Origin: an uncultured Alphaproteobacteria bacterium
Lineage (GTDB): Bacteria > Pseudomonadota > Alphaproteobacteria > RF32 > CAG-239
Length of the DNA stretch: 64,000 nucleotides
Direction of reading: 5' to 3'
NCBI GenBank assembly: GCA_944393215.1
Contig: CALXZL010000001.1
Location: forward strand, 11,718 to 75,717
Every line of letters starts with the position of its first letter. Position 1 is the first letter of the stretch. Shown here piece after piece: positions 19,416 to 30,006 of this stretch. The position numbers and the translations under genes are program-made. The notes under the pieces are model-generated. The model was not told the DNA's origin and did not search any database. It saw only the letters and a list, made by a program, of their open reading frames with translations.

Positions 19416-20081
19416 TTAAAACGCCATAACAATTCTCGCAACCAATTTTTCATCTGTTTTTACGCAGAGCCCTTCAACAGCATAAGGAAAACCTATCGAA
19501 CGTTGCCTCCACTGATTGCTCTCTGTTGACGATACTACCCATCCTTTCAAAATCGGAGCTTTTATAGCCTTCAAAGAATTATTAATAATATCAAGATTTT
19601 TTGCAATTTTAATCAACTGATTGATTGCCGGAACAAATACCTTCTTCCCTGTCCTTTTAGTGTAATTTTTACACCATTCAAACAAAGGAAAAGAAATCCC
19701 TCTATTCAAAGAAACTTGCTCACATTTATCAGTGTTTTCTTCCCCATTATCACTATCGGAAATATTCGTTAAACATTTTTTTGTTTGCCATACTTCCTTC
19801 AATTCATCCCGCAAAAGTATCAAACCACGAGAACCTTTTAGTGCATTTTTATTTGGATTAATCCATGCAACTACACCTAATAAATCTGAATATGCATTTT
19901 TATCAGGAGAAAACTTTCCATTAACAAAAGCATACCAACCGACTTTCACATCGGGGAATGCCGTTTGAGAATAATTCTCAATAATTTTTTCTGTCACAGA
20001 AGATAATTCCGTAACCGTAATCTTCTTTTCTTTTAACAAATCAAGAAGATAATTTTCTAACTTTTCCACTTCTCCAGTCAT
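19416..20081 (-). CDS. hypothetical protein
   Basis: 221-aa ORF between tuf and the island boundary; no family recognised. Confidence 0.4.
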   Translation of the reverse strand: MTGEVEKLENYLLDLLKEKKITVTELSSVTEKIIENYSQTAFPDVKVGWYAFVNGKFSPDKNAYSDLLGVVAWINPNKNALKGSRGLILLRDELKEVWQTKKCLTNISDSDNGEENTDKCEQVSLNRGISFPLFEWCKNYTKRTGKKVFVPAINQLIKIAKNLDIINNSLKAIKAPILKGWVVSSTESNQWRQRSIGFPYAVEGLCVKTDEKLVARIVMAF

Positions 20082-20261
20082 AATTTTATAATAATTTTAT
20101 TTATATTCGATAATATAACATATTTATACAAAAATACAACTAAAAACATCTCAAAGACACGCGCTCGAAACTCTCCACAAGGCACTTATAGAAACTCGAT
20201 AATTGAGATGAGTAGAAGCGTTTTTTAACATACTTGAGTTTGGATAGCGTGTGTAAATAGA

Positions 20262-20495
20262 GTAATTTCTAGTGGCGAGAAAAATCCTAGTGTACAAACA
20301 GGTACATGAATTTTTCCCTTTTCGAAATTTTTGCTCTAGATGAGCTGTTATATGTGTTCTAAATCCTAAAAGCTCAAGATTTGGAGATTATAGCGTGAAA
20401 AACAAAGCGGTCGAAATTCTAGTGTACAAGTAGTACATGAATTTCGACCGTTCTGTAGTTTTTTGCGCTAGAAGCCCAAATACTGAGCTTTTAGA
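20262..20495. repeat. diverged ~130-bp tandem duplication downstream of tuf, each copy carrying a TGTACA-N-GTACA palindrome
   Basis: Copy 1 ctagTGTACAaacagGTACATGaattt at 20287..20313; copy 2 ctagTGTACAagtaGTACATGaattt at 20419..20444; flanks also align. Confidence 0.6.
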
Positions 20496-21686
20496 CTACT
20501 TCAAGATTTTTGATACCACACCTGCACCTACAGTGTGTCCACCTTCACGAATAGCAAAACGCAAACCTTCGTTCATGGCAATCGGGTGAATCAATTTTGC
20601 TGTCATGCGAATGTTATCGCCGGGCATTACCATTTCTGTACCTTCAGGCAATTCAATTGCACCGGTCACATCGGTGGTACGGAAATAGAATTGAGGACGA
20701 TAGTTAGAGAAGAACGGAGTATGACGTCCACCTTCTTCTTTGGTCAAAATGTAGCATTCGCAAGTGAAGTCTGTGTGCGGCGTAATGGTGCCGGGAGCTG
20801 CCAATACTTGTCCACGTTCAACTTCTTCTCTCTTGGTTCCGCGGAGCAATACACCGATGTTATCGCCGGCTTCACCTTCATCCAACAATTTGCGGAACAT
20901 TTCAATACCGGTACAGGTGGTTTTTTGTGTCGGACGGATACCTACGATTTCGATATCATCACCTACGTGCAATACACCTCTTTCTACACGACCAGTAACA
21001 ACTGTACCACGACCGGAGATTGAGAATACGTCTTCAATCGGCATCAAGAACGGTTGATCTTTCGGACGTTCCGGTTGCGGAATGTAGCTGTCTACGGCTT
21101 TCATCAATTCAACAATTGAATCGTGACCGATTTTCGGATCGCCGTTTTCCAATACTGCCAATGCAGAACCTTTGATGATTGGGATTTCGTCACCCGGGAA
21201 GTCATATGAGCTCAACAAGTCTCTGATTTCCATTTCAACCAAGTCCAACAATTCAGGATCGTCTACTTGGTCTACTTTGTTCATATATACAACCAATGCC
21301 GGAACGCCTACTTGACGAGCAAGCAAGATGTGTTCACGGGTTTGCGGCATCGGACCGTCTGCTGCGGATACGACCAAGATTGCTCCATCCATTTGCGCAG
21401 CACCGGTAATCATGTTTTTAACATAGTCAGCGTGGCCCGGGCAGTCTACGTGTGCATAGTGACGATTCGGAGTTTCATATTCTACGTGTGAAGTAGAAAT
21501 GGTAATTCCGCGAGCTTTCTCTTCAGGTGCTTTATCAATTTGATCATATGCTGTGAAGCTTGCACCGCCTTCTTCTGCCAATACTTTTGTAATGGCGGCG
21601 GTCAAAGTGGTTTTACCATGGTCTACGTGACCGATAGTTCCAATGTTGCAGTGAGGCTTTGTGCGCTCAAATTTCTCTTTTGCCAT
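20496..21686 (-). CDS. tuf: elongation factor Tu
   Basis: 396 aa; [21 protein letters not shown] GTPase motifs; near-complete EF-Tu. Confidence 0.98.
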   Translation of the reverse strand: MAKEKFERTKPHCNIGTIGHVDHGKTTLTAAITKVLAEEGGASFTAYDQIDKAPEEKARGITISTSHVEYETPNRHYAHVDCPGHADYVKNMITGAAQMDGAILVVSAADGPMPQTREHILLARQVGVPALVVYMNKVDQVDDPELLDLVEMEIRDLLSSYDFPGDEIPIIKGSALAVLENGDPKIGHDSIVELMKAVDSYIPQPERPKDQPFLMPIEDVFSISGRGTVVTGRVERGVLHVGDDIEIVGIRPTQKTTCTGIEMFRKLLDEGEAGDNIGVLLRGTKREEVERGQVLAAPGTITPHTDFTCECYILTKEEGGRHTPFFSNYRPQFYFRTTDVTGAIELPEGTEMVMPGDNIRMTAKLIHPIAMNEGLRFAIREGGHTVGAGVVSKILK

Positions 21687-21739
21687 ATTAACAGATCCTA
21701 ATTGTTTATGTTGTTAGAACGATTCGGTAAGAGAGAAAT

Positions 21740-21813
21740 TGGAGCGGGTGAGGGGAATCGAACCCCCGTCATAAGCTTGGAAGGCTTCTGCTCTACCATT
21801 GAGCTACACCCGC
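21740..21813 (-). tRNA. tRNA-Gly (anticodon UCC)
   Basis: GCGGGTGTAGCTCAATGGTAGAGCAGAAGCCTTCCAAGC…CACCCGCTCCA; anticodon loop CT-TCC-AA. Confidence 0.85.
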
Positions 21814-21846
21814 TTTATTCGCCTCTTATCGAGAGTTAACCTAAAA

Positions 21847-21932
21847 TGGTGGAGGGGGATGGATTCGAACCATCGTAGACGAAAGTCGACGGATTTACAG
21901 TCCGTTGCATTTGACCGCTCTGCCACCCCTCC
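21847..21932 (-). tRNA. tRNA-Tyr (anticodon GUA)
   Basis: GGAGGGGTGGCAGAGCGGTCAAATGCAACGGACTGTAAATCC… long variable arm …CCCCCTCCACCA. Confidence 0.85.
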
Positions 21933-22130
21933 ATTTTGATTAAAATTTCAGGTTGGGAGGAAAGTTTCCTCCGAGATAATCACTGATAGGCAAGTATCCT
22001 TATTTTAAGCCATTTGTCAACACCTTTTTTCACAAAACAAAAAAAATAATTTTTATCTGTGAATAATATTTGTTACCAACTGTTAACTGATTAAGGCTAA
22101 TATATGCAAAAACAGATAAGGAAACCGAAC

Positions 22131-23018
22131 ATGAAAGCAACGCCCTTAACCGAAAAAAGCAATCCGGACACAAAAGATATAGATTTAATGAGTGGATATG
22201 AAATTGCGAAAACAATCAATCAAGAAGACAAGAAGGTAGCCCTGGCGGTTGAAAAAGTATTACCCCAGATCGGAGAAGCCATTGAGTTGATAGCCTCAGC
22301 CTTCAGACAAGGGGGAAGATTGGCATATTTTGGTGCCGGCACCAGCGGACGCCTCGGAATTTTAGATGCATCGGAGTGTCCGCCAACCTTCGGCGTGGAT
22401 AAAAACATGGTTCAGGGTTTTATCGCCGGAGGAGAAAAAGCCATCCGCCAATCGGTAGAAAAAGCCGAAGACAGCTTGGAATTAGGAATGGAGGATTTAG
22501 CAAAATTTTCTCCGACACCACAAGACATAATTGTCGGCATCTCCGCCAGCGGAAATGCCAATTATATATTATCGGCAATGAAACAAGCTCAAACACTAGG
22601 CTGCAAAACCATTGGCATATCCTCAAATCCGGAAGCAAAAATCAAAACTGTGGCTAACATTTTTATAAACCCGATTGTTGAAGAAGAAGCCGTTACCGGC
22701 TCTTCCCGCATGAAATCGGGAACGGCACAAAAAATGATATTAAACATGCTTTCGACCGGAGCCATGATTCGCATCGGGAAAACATACCAAAATTATATGA
22801 TTGATGTACAAATTCTCAATGACAAATTATATGATCGCGGATGCCGTTTTATATCCGAAATATCAAAAATAAGCTATACGGAAGCGGAAAATTTCCTGAA
22901 ACAAAGTCATAACGAAGTCAGAACGGCATGCATAATGGCAACCCAAAAAGTTTCTTATGAAAAAGCCCATGAGTTATTAAAACAAAATGACGGGATTCTG
23001 CGAAAGATTCTCAAATAA
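22131..23018 (+). CDS. murQ: N-acetylmuramic acid 6-phosphate etherase
   Basis: SIS-domain sequence …RLAYFGAGTSGRLGILDASECPPTFGV…; start at 22131 chosen for its AGGAAA RBS (the ORF could begin at 22104). Confidence 0.75.
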   Translation: MKATPLTEKSNPDTKDIDLMSGYEIAKTINQEDKKVALAVEKVLPQIGEAIELIASAFRQGGRLAYFGAGTSGRLGILDASECPPTFGVDKNMVQGFIAGGEKAIRQSVEKAEDSLELGMEDLAKFSPTPQDIIVGISASGNANYILSAMKQAQTLGCKTIGISSNPEAKIKTVANIFINPIVEEEAVTGSSRMKSGTAQKMILNMLSTGAMIRIGKTYQNYMIDVQILNDKLYDRGCRFISEISKISYTEAENFLKQSHNEVRTACIMATQKVSYEKAHELLKQNDGILRKILK

Positions 23019-23124
23019 AAATCACCTCATGCAACAATTAAACGAAGATAAGTTTTCTTGTTGCTTTTTTGGTGTAATCCGAGTAGTCTGAGAACAATAA
23101 GAAATTAATTGTAAAGAAATCAAA

Positions 23125-23886
23125 ATGAACAAAAAAAATAATTCGGCAAACAAAACATCAGGGGGATCTGTTTTACTTTACGGAAGACACCCGGTTTTAG
23201 CGGCTGTCAACAACCCCAAACGCAAAATCGGCAAAATTTTTTGCACCAAAGAAAATGTTGAAGAACTAAAAAAATCTTTACAACAAACGCAAAGAAATAT
23301 TCCTCTGGAAATTATTGAACGCAAAGAATTAGACCGCATGCTGCCTCGAGATGCCGTTCATCAGGGGTTTGCCTTACAATGCAAAGAGCTTGAAAATTGC
23401 AGTTTGGAAGAAATTTGTCATCTGGCGGAAGCAGAAAAAAATTGCCATATTTTGCTGTTAGACCAAGTAACCGATCCGCAAAATATCGGCGCGATAATAC
23501 GTTCTTGCGTAGCGTTTGACACTTTGGCACTGATACTGCAAGATAAAAATTCTCCGACAGAAAGCGGATCAATGGCAAAGGCATCTGCCGGCATGATAGA
23601 ACAGCTTCCGATATGCCGTGTCACCAACTTGTCACGAGCCATAGAAAAGCTCAAAGATTCCGGTTTCTGGATAATCGGAATGGACGGATACGCCACAACC
23701 TACATTGACAGTGTCAATAAAACCGGGAAAATAGCCATAATCATGGGCTCGGAAGGCAAAGGCATGCGCCGTCTGGTTGAAGAAAATTGCGATACAACGG
23801 TAAAACTACCGATTGCACCGAGTGTAGAAAGCTTGAACGTTTCTACCGCTGCCGCCATTGCTTTATATGAAATAAATAAAAAATAG
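23125..23886 (+). CDS. TrmH/SpoU-family RNA 2'-O-methyltransferase (RlmB-like)
   Basis: SPOUT motifs (NIGAIIRS, IIMGSEGKGM, ESLNVSTAAAIALYE). Confidence 0.7.
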   Translation: MNKKNNSANKTSGGSVLLYGRHPVLAAVNNPKRKIGKIFCTKENVEELKKSLQQTQRNIPLEIIERKELDRMLPRDAVHQGFALQCKELENCSLEEICHLAEAEKNCHILLLDQVTDPQNIGAIIRSCVAFDTLALILQDKNSPTESGSMAKASAGMIEQLPICRVTNLSRAIEKLKDSGFWIIGMDGYATTYIDSVNKTGKIAIIMGSEGKGMRRLVEENCDTTVKLPIAPSVESLNVSTAAAIALYEINKK

Positions 23887-23897
23887 GATAAACAATC

Positions 23898-24860
23898 ATG
23901 TCCATTATGACCACCAGAACCAAAATCATCCTTTTAGCAATTGCCGTTATCACGGCTCTGGCAACCGTTTTTGCCGCCATGTACAAACCCAAAAGAAGCA
24001 ACACGATTGTCCGCCCGATAATCAAACTGACCGCGGTTTTACCTCTTTCGGGAGAAGAAAGTCATTTAGGCTTGGCAGCGCAACAAGCCATACAAAATTC
24101 TTTACGACAGGTTGACGGAGACACCGGATACAAATATGAAGTTTCATATATAGATCAATCTTCCGAAACACCTCTGCCGCCGGATACAAAAGCATTGATA
24201 AATTTTGAAATTTCACCCGCGCCCAAAGTTATCATAACCTTAAATAATGATGAAAAGAGCACCTTCAAGGTTCAAACACCTGAAGAAGAAACGCTGGCTT
24301 TGTTAAAGAGCGGATTAAAAGACAAAAATATCAAAAATATCGGATTATTAATCTTGGCAGAAGGAAATTATCGTCAAACGGCTCAAAATATTCATCAACA
24401 ACTCTCCGATTCTTACACTATTCGCGGTGCCGTTTTTCAAAAAGACCAAAAAGACTTTGACGCCATGCTGAATATGCTCATCAATAATGATACGGATTAT
24501 TATCTGATAATCGGTTCTCCGCAAGAAAGCGACAACTTAATGAAGGCACTGCATGATAAGGGAATCAACAACTACCGTATCAGCGCCCTGCACGCACCTG
24601 ACCTAACCACGCAGCCGCAACTTTATAATGACATGACCTATATCGGCTCTGCGGCAGGAACATATGACGGAGGCTTATCGGCAGCGGCAACTTTGGCAAT
24701 AATAAACAGTTATGAAAAAAATTTCAAAAAAGACCTGCTCCCCAATCTTAACCTGGTGGCACAAACCATACAAGAAAACAATGCCCCGAACAAAGTCATC
24801 AGCATCAAAGCAAATTGGAAAAAAATTTCCGAAGGAAAAATATCTGAATTGAAGGAGTAA
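23898..24860 (+). CDS. membrane-anchored hypothetical protein (first gene of the ABC cluster)
   Basis: N-terminal TM helix, 320 aa; stop 4 nt before the ABC ATPase gene. Confidence 0.4.
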   Translation: MSIMTTRTKIILLAIAVITALATVFAAMYKPKRSNTIVRPIIKLTAVLPLSGEESHLGLAAQQAIQNSLRQVDGDTGYKYEVSYIDQSSETPLPPDTKALINFEISPAPKVIITLNNDEKSTFKVQTPEEETLALLKSGLKDKNIKNIGLLILAEGNYRQTAQNIHQQLSDSYTIRGAVFQKDQKDFDAMLNMLINNDTDYYLIIGSPQESDNLMKALHDKGINNYRISALHAPDLTTQPQLYNDMTYIGSAAGTYDGGLSAAATLAIINSYEKNFKKDLLPNLNLVAQTIQENNAPNKVISIKANWKKISEGKISELKE

Positions 24861-24863
24861 ACA

Positions 24864-25595
24864 ATGACCTTCACCCTCAAGGTAGAAAACATAAGCAAAA
24901 CATACGGAGAAATCAAAGCCGTACAAGATATCAGTTTTAAAACACAAATCGGAGAAATTATTGCGATTCTCGGACCGAACGGCGCCGGAAAATCCACTCT
25001 GATGAATATGATAAGCGGATTCATTGCGCCGACATCGGGAAAAATCTTTGTTTTGGAACAAGATATCTCAAGCAACGCCATAGAAGGCAAAAAAAACATA
25101 GGTTTTTTACCGGAAGGTTCACCCTTGTATCCGGATTTGACCGTCAAAGAATTTTTGAATTACATGGCAGAATTAAGAGGGCTCTTGGGGACAGCGAAAA
25201 AAGAACGTCTGGAAGAAATTATCGAAACGGCAAAAATAAAAGAAGTTTACAATCAAAAAATAGAAACATTATCAAAAGGCTATCTTAGGCGTGTCGGCTT
25301 TGCCCAAAGCATAATTTCCGATCCTGAAATTTTGCTTCTGGACGAACCGACAGACGGATTGGATCCCAACCAAAAAGAACATATGCGCTCTTTGATAAAA
25401 CAACTCGGACAAAACAAAACCATTTTAATCTCCACCCACTTGCTGGATGAAGCCGAAAATATTGCCGGCAGAATTATTTTGCTGAATCAAGGAAAAATCA
25501 TAACCGACGGAACGCTGAAAGATATTTTATTCAAAGCCGACAGCTCTGATTTAGACACCGCATTTAAAAAACTGACCTTGGGAGTAAGTGCATGA
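24864..25595 (+). CDS. ABC transporter ATP-binding protein
   Basis: Walker A GPNGAGKST, signature LSKGYLRRV, Walker B LLLDEPTDGLD. Confidence 0.9.
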   Translation: MTFTLKVENISKTYGEIKAVQDISFKTQIGEIIAILGPNGAGKSTLMNMISGFIAPTSGKIFVLEQDISSNAIEGKKNIGFLPEGSPLYPDLTVKEFLNYMAELRGLLGTAKKERLEEIIETAKIKEVYNQKIETLSKGYLRRVGFAQSIISDPEILLLDEPTDGLDPNQKEHMRSLIKQLGQNKTILISTHLLDEAENIAGRIILLNQGKIITDGTLKDILFKADSSDLDTAFKKLTLGVSA

Positions 25596-28500
25596 AAAAT
25601 ACTTGGATAGTTTGCAAAAACGAGCTGATAAGATATTTCACCTCACCGCTTGCTTATGTCTACTTAATTGCCTTTCTGATTTTAAATGGTTCTTTTGCCC
25701 TTTATTTCGGACATTTTTTTGATCGAGGTCAGGCAAATTTAATATCTATGTTTTCTTACCAACCTTGGTTATATTTACTATTTCTGCCGGGAATTTCCAT
25801 GCGCTTATGGGCAGAAGAATTTCGCACCAAAACAATCATCCAAATCATGACCATGCCGGTCTCTACCAGCAATCTGGTTTTAGGCAAATTTTTTGCATCA
25901 TGGTTATTTTGCGGTGCGGCATTAATTTTGACATTTCCGTTTTGGATAACGGTAAATATTTTAGGCAATCCGGATAATGCCGTCATCTTAATCAGCTACA
26001 TCGGCAGCTTTTTAATTGCGGGTTGTATGTTATCAATATCTCAAACCATGTCGGCATTAAGCAAGAATCAGGTAACGGCACTGGTTTTGGCGGTTGTGGC
26101 AAACTTAATATTCATGCTTTGCGGATTGGAATATATCTTATCCTTTTTCCGACTTTTTGCTCCGGTCTACATTATTGATATGATTGCCTCTTTTAGCTTC
26201 GACACACATTTTTTCAACATCACGCAGGGGTTGTTTGAGTTAAGGGATATAATCTATTTCTTTTCCATAATATTCTTATTCAACTTAACCACACTCATCA
26301 TCATCAATTTTCGCACATCGGGCTCAGCCGGCATTTTTGCATCAACCAGTCGCGGATATTATATCTTAAGCTTTATCATCATGCTTCTTGGTTTTATCGG
26401 CATTAACTTACTGGCAAATAATTATACCCGATCTTGGCAATATGACTTTACGGAAGAAAAAGTTTTTGCCTTAACAAAAACAACCAAACAAATATTAAAA
26501 AATCTTCCCGAAGCGGTTACGGCAAAACTTTATTACAGCCCGGAATTAGGACGGCGCAATCCCGAATATCGATTGATGTTTGACAAAGTCAGGATGCTCT
26601 TAAAACAATATGCCGAGTTGTCAAACGGAAAATTCAACTACCAAATATACAATCCGCAAGCCTTCAGCAATGCGGAAGACCGTGCCATTACGCGCGGCTT
26701 AAAGGCTCTCCCGCTTATTGATAGTAATGAAGCGGCTTACTTTGGATTAACCTTAAGCAACAGCATAGATGAATATGCCGATATACCGTTTTTTGCTTTG
26801 GAGAGACAAAACTTTTTAGAGCAAGACATAACCGAAAATCTATATCGTCTGTATCATGACAAAAAGAACATCGGCATTTTAAGCACCCTACCGGTATTTG
26901 ATACGGTCATTGCCAACGTTGCCTCATCACGCTGGGAAATAATCAATCAGATAGAAAAATTTTATAACCTTAAATCCGTTTCAAAACCGGAAGAAATAAA
27001 TAATAAATTAGCCGCGCTTATATTGATTCATCCGCGAGATTTAAGCCCTGAAATGATATCTTCCATAAAAAAATATACCGATAACGGCGGCAAGGTATTG
27101 GCATTTTTAGACGTTGCCACGGATTCCACACGCATCTTTGCTCCCGTAACGGAAAAATTTGTATCTTCCGATTTAAGCGGACTGGATAAAGTTTGGGGTT
27201 TTCGCTTCAACGGAGATATGAGCATTGCCGATTTGGATAATTCCTTAACCGTACAAGTCAATCAAGACAATAACAACCCCAATTACACACAAGATCTTTT
27301 ACAATTTTATATTCCTGAAGACGGCATAAATCATGAAGTTCCGGAAACCTACAACCTAAAAAGGCTACTTGTCAGCTCGGTGGCTACCGTAAGCCCTCTC
27401 ACTGATGATAATGTTCTTTTCATACCATTGCTCAAATCAGGAGAAAACTCTGCGGCAGTTTCTGCCGATTGGGCACAAGAAGCGCATGATCCCAATGTTT
27501 TATTACGCAATTTCAAAAAAGATAATTATGCCAAAATTATTGCCGCACATATTATCAGTAAATCTCAGGAACATCCTTTTCAAATCATAGCCGTTGCCGA
27601 TACGGATTTACTCTACGATACATTTTGGTCTCGAACCATAAACACCAATGACGGAAACATTGTTGTCCCTATATTTGACAACGTCAATTTTGTACTTAAT
27701 GCCTTAGAAGTTTTAATCGGGGAAGAAAACCTGATTGAGCTGAGAGGAAAATCGGCAAAGACAAGAAAATTTGATACTATTGAAAAAATAAGAAAACAGG
27801 CGCGCCAAGACTTCACGGTCAAAGAACAAGAAATTATGCAAAAAATGGAAAAAGCCAAAGCCGGATTAAAAGAAATCTGGAGCAAAAAAGAATTTGAAGG
27901 AAGAGAAACATTTACGGCAGATGAACTTTCAATCATAGCCAACATCCGCAAAGAATTAGACGGTTTACGCCTTGATTTGCGCAACATCAGACTCAATCTC
28001 AATCAAAAAACAGACCAAATAGACCTTTATATAAAATTCATAAATATATATGCCATACCACTGCTCATATTGACAAGCTGGCTTATAATATATTTAAGAC
28101 GCCGTTACCAACAAAAAACAAATATGGGATATGGTTTTGCCGTAAACAAGGCTTTTATCCTTCTGTTAAGTTTTTCTCTGATTATGTTGATTGCCGGCTT
28201 ATATTCCGTACATCAAACCAATCAAGGAGAAATTGATGTTTATGAAAACAAACCGCTGTTTCCGAATTTAGCACAAGAAATTAATGATGTGACAACCGTC
28301 ACCCTGCAAAGTTACGGCAAACAACTGACTTTCCGCAAACAAGATAATGAGTGGGTATTGGAAGGTGAACCCAAACTGATGGTCATGCAAGATCGCATGC
28401 GCAGTTTTTTGAGTGCCCTGATTGAAGCTCGATATTATGAAAAGAAATCTGACCGCGCCGAAAACCTGTCTCATTTCGGACTGCAATCAATTCAAATAAA

Positions 28501-29068
28501 AGATTCTCCGAATATCCGCGTAGAATTAAGCAATCAACAAGGAGAAAAGATTCTCTCCTTTGAAGTCGGAAAATTTGACATTGAAATCGGTCGCGGCACC
28601 AGAGCCGCATATATCAAATTTGACAATAAATTCCAAGTCTGGTTGGCGGCAATCGAACTGATCGACTTATCTGCCGAGAAAAAAGACTGGACATTAAGTC
28701 GACTGTGGGATTTACGTTTCGGACGTTTGCTAAATTGCAATAACAATACCGATATAAACACATTGGCAAATCTCGCCAAATATTTACTTAACACTCAAAT
28801 TATAAACAGCACCGACAATCTTGACAATCCGGAACCTTTATTCACACTGAAATTGCAAGTTGAGGGAAATGAAAAAATTGATTTGTCTTTCTGGCAAAAA
28901 GAGAATAAATATTATGTTTCATATAAGTTTGTTACCATTCCGAAGGAAACAAATTTAAATCATTTTGCCAGCTATATGCAGGGTAATTACTACGAAATAA
29001 AACAAGAAAACATGGAACAAATAAGATATGTCTATGAAGAAAAAATATCTGACAACGGAACAAATTAA
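25592..29068 (+). CDS. fused ABC-2 type permease / GldG-like auxiliary (ABC_transp_aux) protein
   Basis: 1158 aa; N-terminal 6-TM ABC-2 permease; large extracytoplasmic middle region; two more TM helices; C-terminal soluble domain; ATGA overlap with the ATPase gene. Confidence 0.6.
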   Translation: MKNTWIVCKNELIRYFTSPLAYVYLIAFLILNGSFALYFGHFFDRGQANLISMFSYQPWLYLLFLPGISMRLWAEEFRTKTIIQIMTMPVSTSNLVLGKFFASWLFCGAALILTFPFWITVNILGNPDNAVILISYIGSFLIAGCMLSISQTMSALSKNQVTALVLAVVANLIFMLCGLEYILSFFRLFAPVYIIDMIASFSFDTHFFNITQGLFELRDIIYFFSIIFLFNLTTLIIINFRTSGSAGIFASTSRGYYILSFIIMLLGFIGINLLANNYTRSWQYDFTEEKVFALTKTTKQILKNLPEAVTAKLYYSPELGRRNPEYRLMFDKVRMLLKQYAELSNGKFNYQIYNPQAFSNAEDRAITRGLKALPLIDSNEAAYFGLTLSNSIDEYADIPFFALERQNFLEQDITENLYRLYHDKKNIGILSTLPVFDTVIANVASSRWEIINQIEKFYNLKSVSKPEEINNKLAALILIHPRDLSPEMISSIKKYTDNGGKVLAFLDVATDSTRIFAPVTEKFVSSDLSGLDKVWGFRFNGDMSIADLDNSLTVQVNQDNNNPNYTQDLLQFYIPEDGINHEVPETYNLKRLLVSSVATVSPLTDDNVLFIPLLKSGENSAAVSADWAQEAHDPNVLLRNFKKDNYAKIIAAHIISKSQEHPFQIIAVADTDLLYDTFWSRTINTNDGNIVVPIFDNVNFVLNALEVLIGEENLIELRGKSAKTRKFDTIEKIRKQARQDFTVKEQEIMQKMEKAKAGLKEIWSKKEFEGRETFTADELSIIANIRKELDGLRLDLRNIRLNLNQKTDQIDLYIKFINIYAIPLLILTSWLIIYLRRRYQQKTNMGYGFAVNKAFILLLSFSLIMLIAGLYSVHQTNQGEIDVYENKPLFPNLAQEINDVTTVTLQSYGKQLTFRKQDNEWVLEGEPKLMVMQDRMRSFLSALIEARYYEKKSDRAENLSHFGLQSIQIKDSPNIRVELSNQQGEKILSFEVGKFDIEIGRGTRAAYIKFDNKFQVWLAAIELIDLSAEKKDWTLSRLWDLRFGRLLNCNNNTDINTLANLAKYLLNTQIINSTDNLDNPEPLFTLKLQVEGNEKIDLSFWQKENKYYVSYKFVTIPKETNLNHFASYMQGNYYEIKQENMEQIRYVYEEKISDNGTN

Positions 29069-29981
29069 CCGTTTGAAAAAAACTGCCACGACTGCCAGCT
29101 TAACATTAGCAATAAGCCTGTGCTTATTAAAAACGTTCGGTGCTTTTTATACCGGATCATTAGCGGTTTTATCTTCAATGATTGATTCTTTAACCGACAT
29201 CGGCGCTTCGCTCATCTCCGTGATAGCCGTACGTTTTTCTTCCCAAGAAGAAAGCTACAGTTTTCGCTACGGTTACGGCAAAGCAGAATCCATATCGGCA
29301 CTGGTTCAAGCTGCCTTCATTGCCGGTTCCGGCATTTTTGTCATGTATGACGGAATCAACCGCTTAATCTATCCCCGCCCGATAGAACAAACTTTTGTAG
29401 GTATTCTGATTATGGTTATTGCTCTGATTTCCACTTTAGGGTTAATAGCCTTCCAGCGCTATGTTACCAAATTAACCGCTTCAAAAGCCATTGAGGCAGA
29501 CAGCGCACATTATATGGTTGATGTGATGACCAATCTTTCGATTATTCTTTCTTTGTGCATTGTTTCATGGTTTGGCATTTCTTGGTTTGATAGCTTAACC
29601 GCTATAGGTATCTCCGGATATTTACTCTATAATGCCCATAAAATAGCGGCAGAGTCGGTTTGCACGCTTATGGATGCCGAATTATCGCCCGAAATCCGAA
29701 AAGAAATAAAAAAAATTGTTCTGAGCTCTCCTTTTGCCAAAGGTATTCATGATTTAAGAACGCATGATTTGGGCGGCAAATATATGTTTGAATTTCATCT
29801 GGAATTAGACGGAGATTTACCGCTTTCGGCAGCACATGACATGACCGAAATGGTAGAAGAAAACCTCTGGGAAGCATACCCCAATGCCGTCATCATCATC
29901 CACCAAGATCCGGTCGGCATAAAAGAAGATAGATTAGATACAAAATTGAAAAAAGCTTCTAATAAAAAGAAAAAGTCTTAG
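29028..29981 (+). CDS. cation diffusion facilitator family transporter
   Basis: CDF pattern: 6 TM helices, GSLAVLSSMIDSLTD, C-terminal cytoplasmic domain; a GTCTTAGGGttgCCCTAAGAC hairpin overlaps the stop. Confidence 0.75.
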   Translation: MSMKKKYLTTEQINRLKKTATTASLTLAISLCLLKTFGAFYTGSLAVLSSMIDSLTDIGASLISVIAVRFSSQEESYSFRYGYGKAESISALVQAAFIAGSGIFVMYDGINRLIYPRPIEQTFVGILIMVIALISTLGLIAFQRYVTKLTASKAIEADSAHYMVDVMTNLSIILSLCIVSWFGISWFDSLTAIGISGYLLYNAHKIAAESVCTLMDAELSPEIRKEIKKIVLSSPFAKGIHDLRTHDLGGKYMFEFHLELDGDLPLSAAHDMTEMVEENLWEAYPNAVIIIHQDPVGIKEDRLDTKLKKASNKKKKS

Positions 29982-30006
29982 GGTTGCCCTAAGACTTTTT
30001 AAATAG

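Noticed and set aside
20535-21491. Antisense ORFs inside tuf (20535..21023, 20764..21057, 21267..21491); similar antisense ORFs lie inside leuS, hppA, rplL (2581..2802) and the 1158-aa gene
   Set aside because: They lie opposite highly conserved, clearly real genes. Their composition is the reverse complement of the coding strand (Ala-rich reading of the rplL hinge, and so on). No RBS support.
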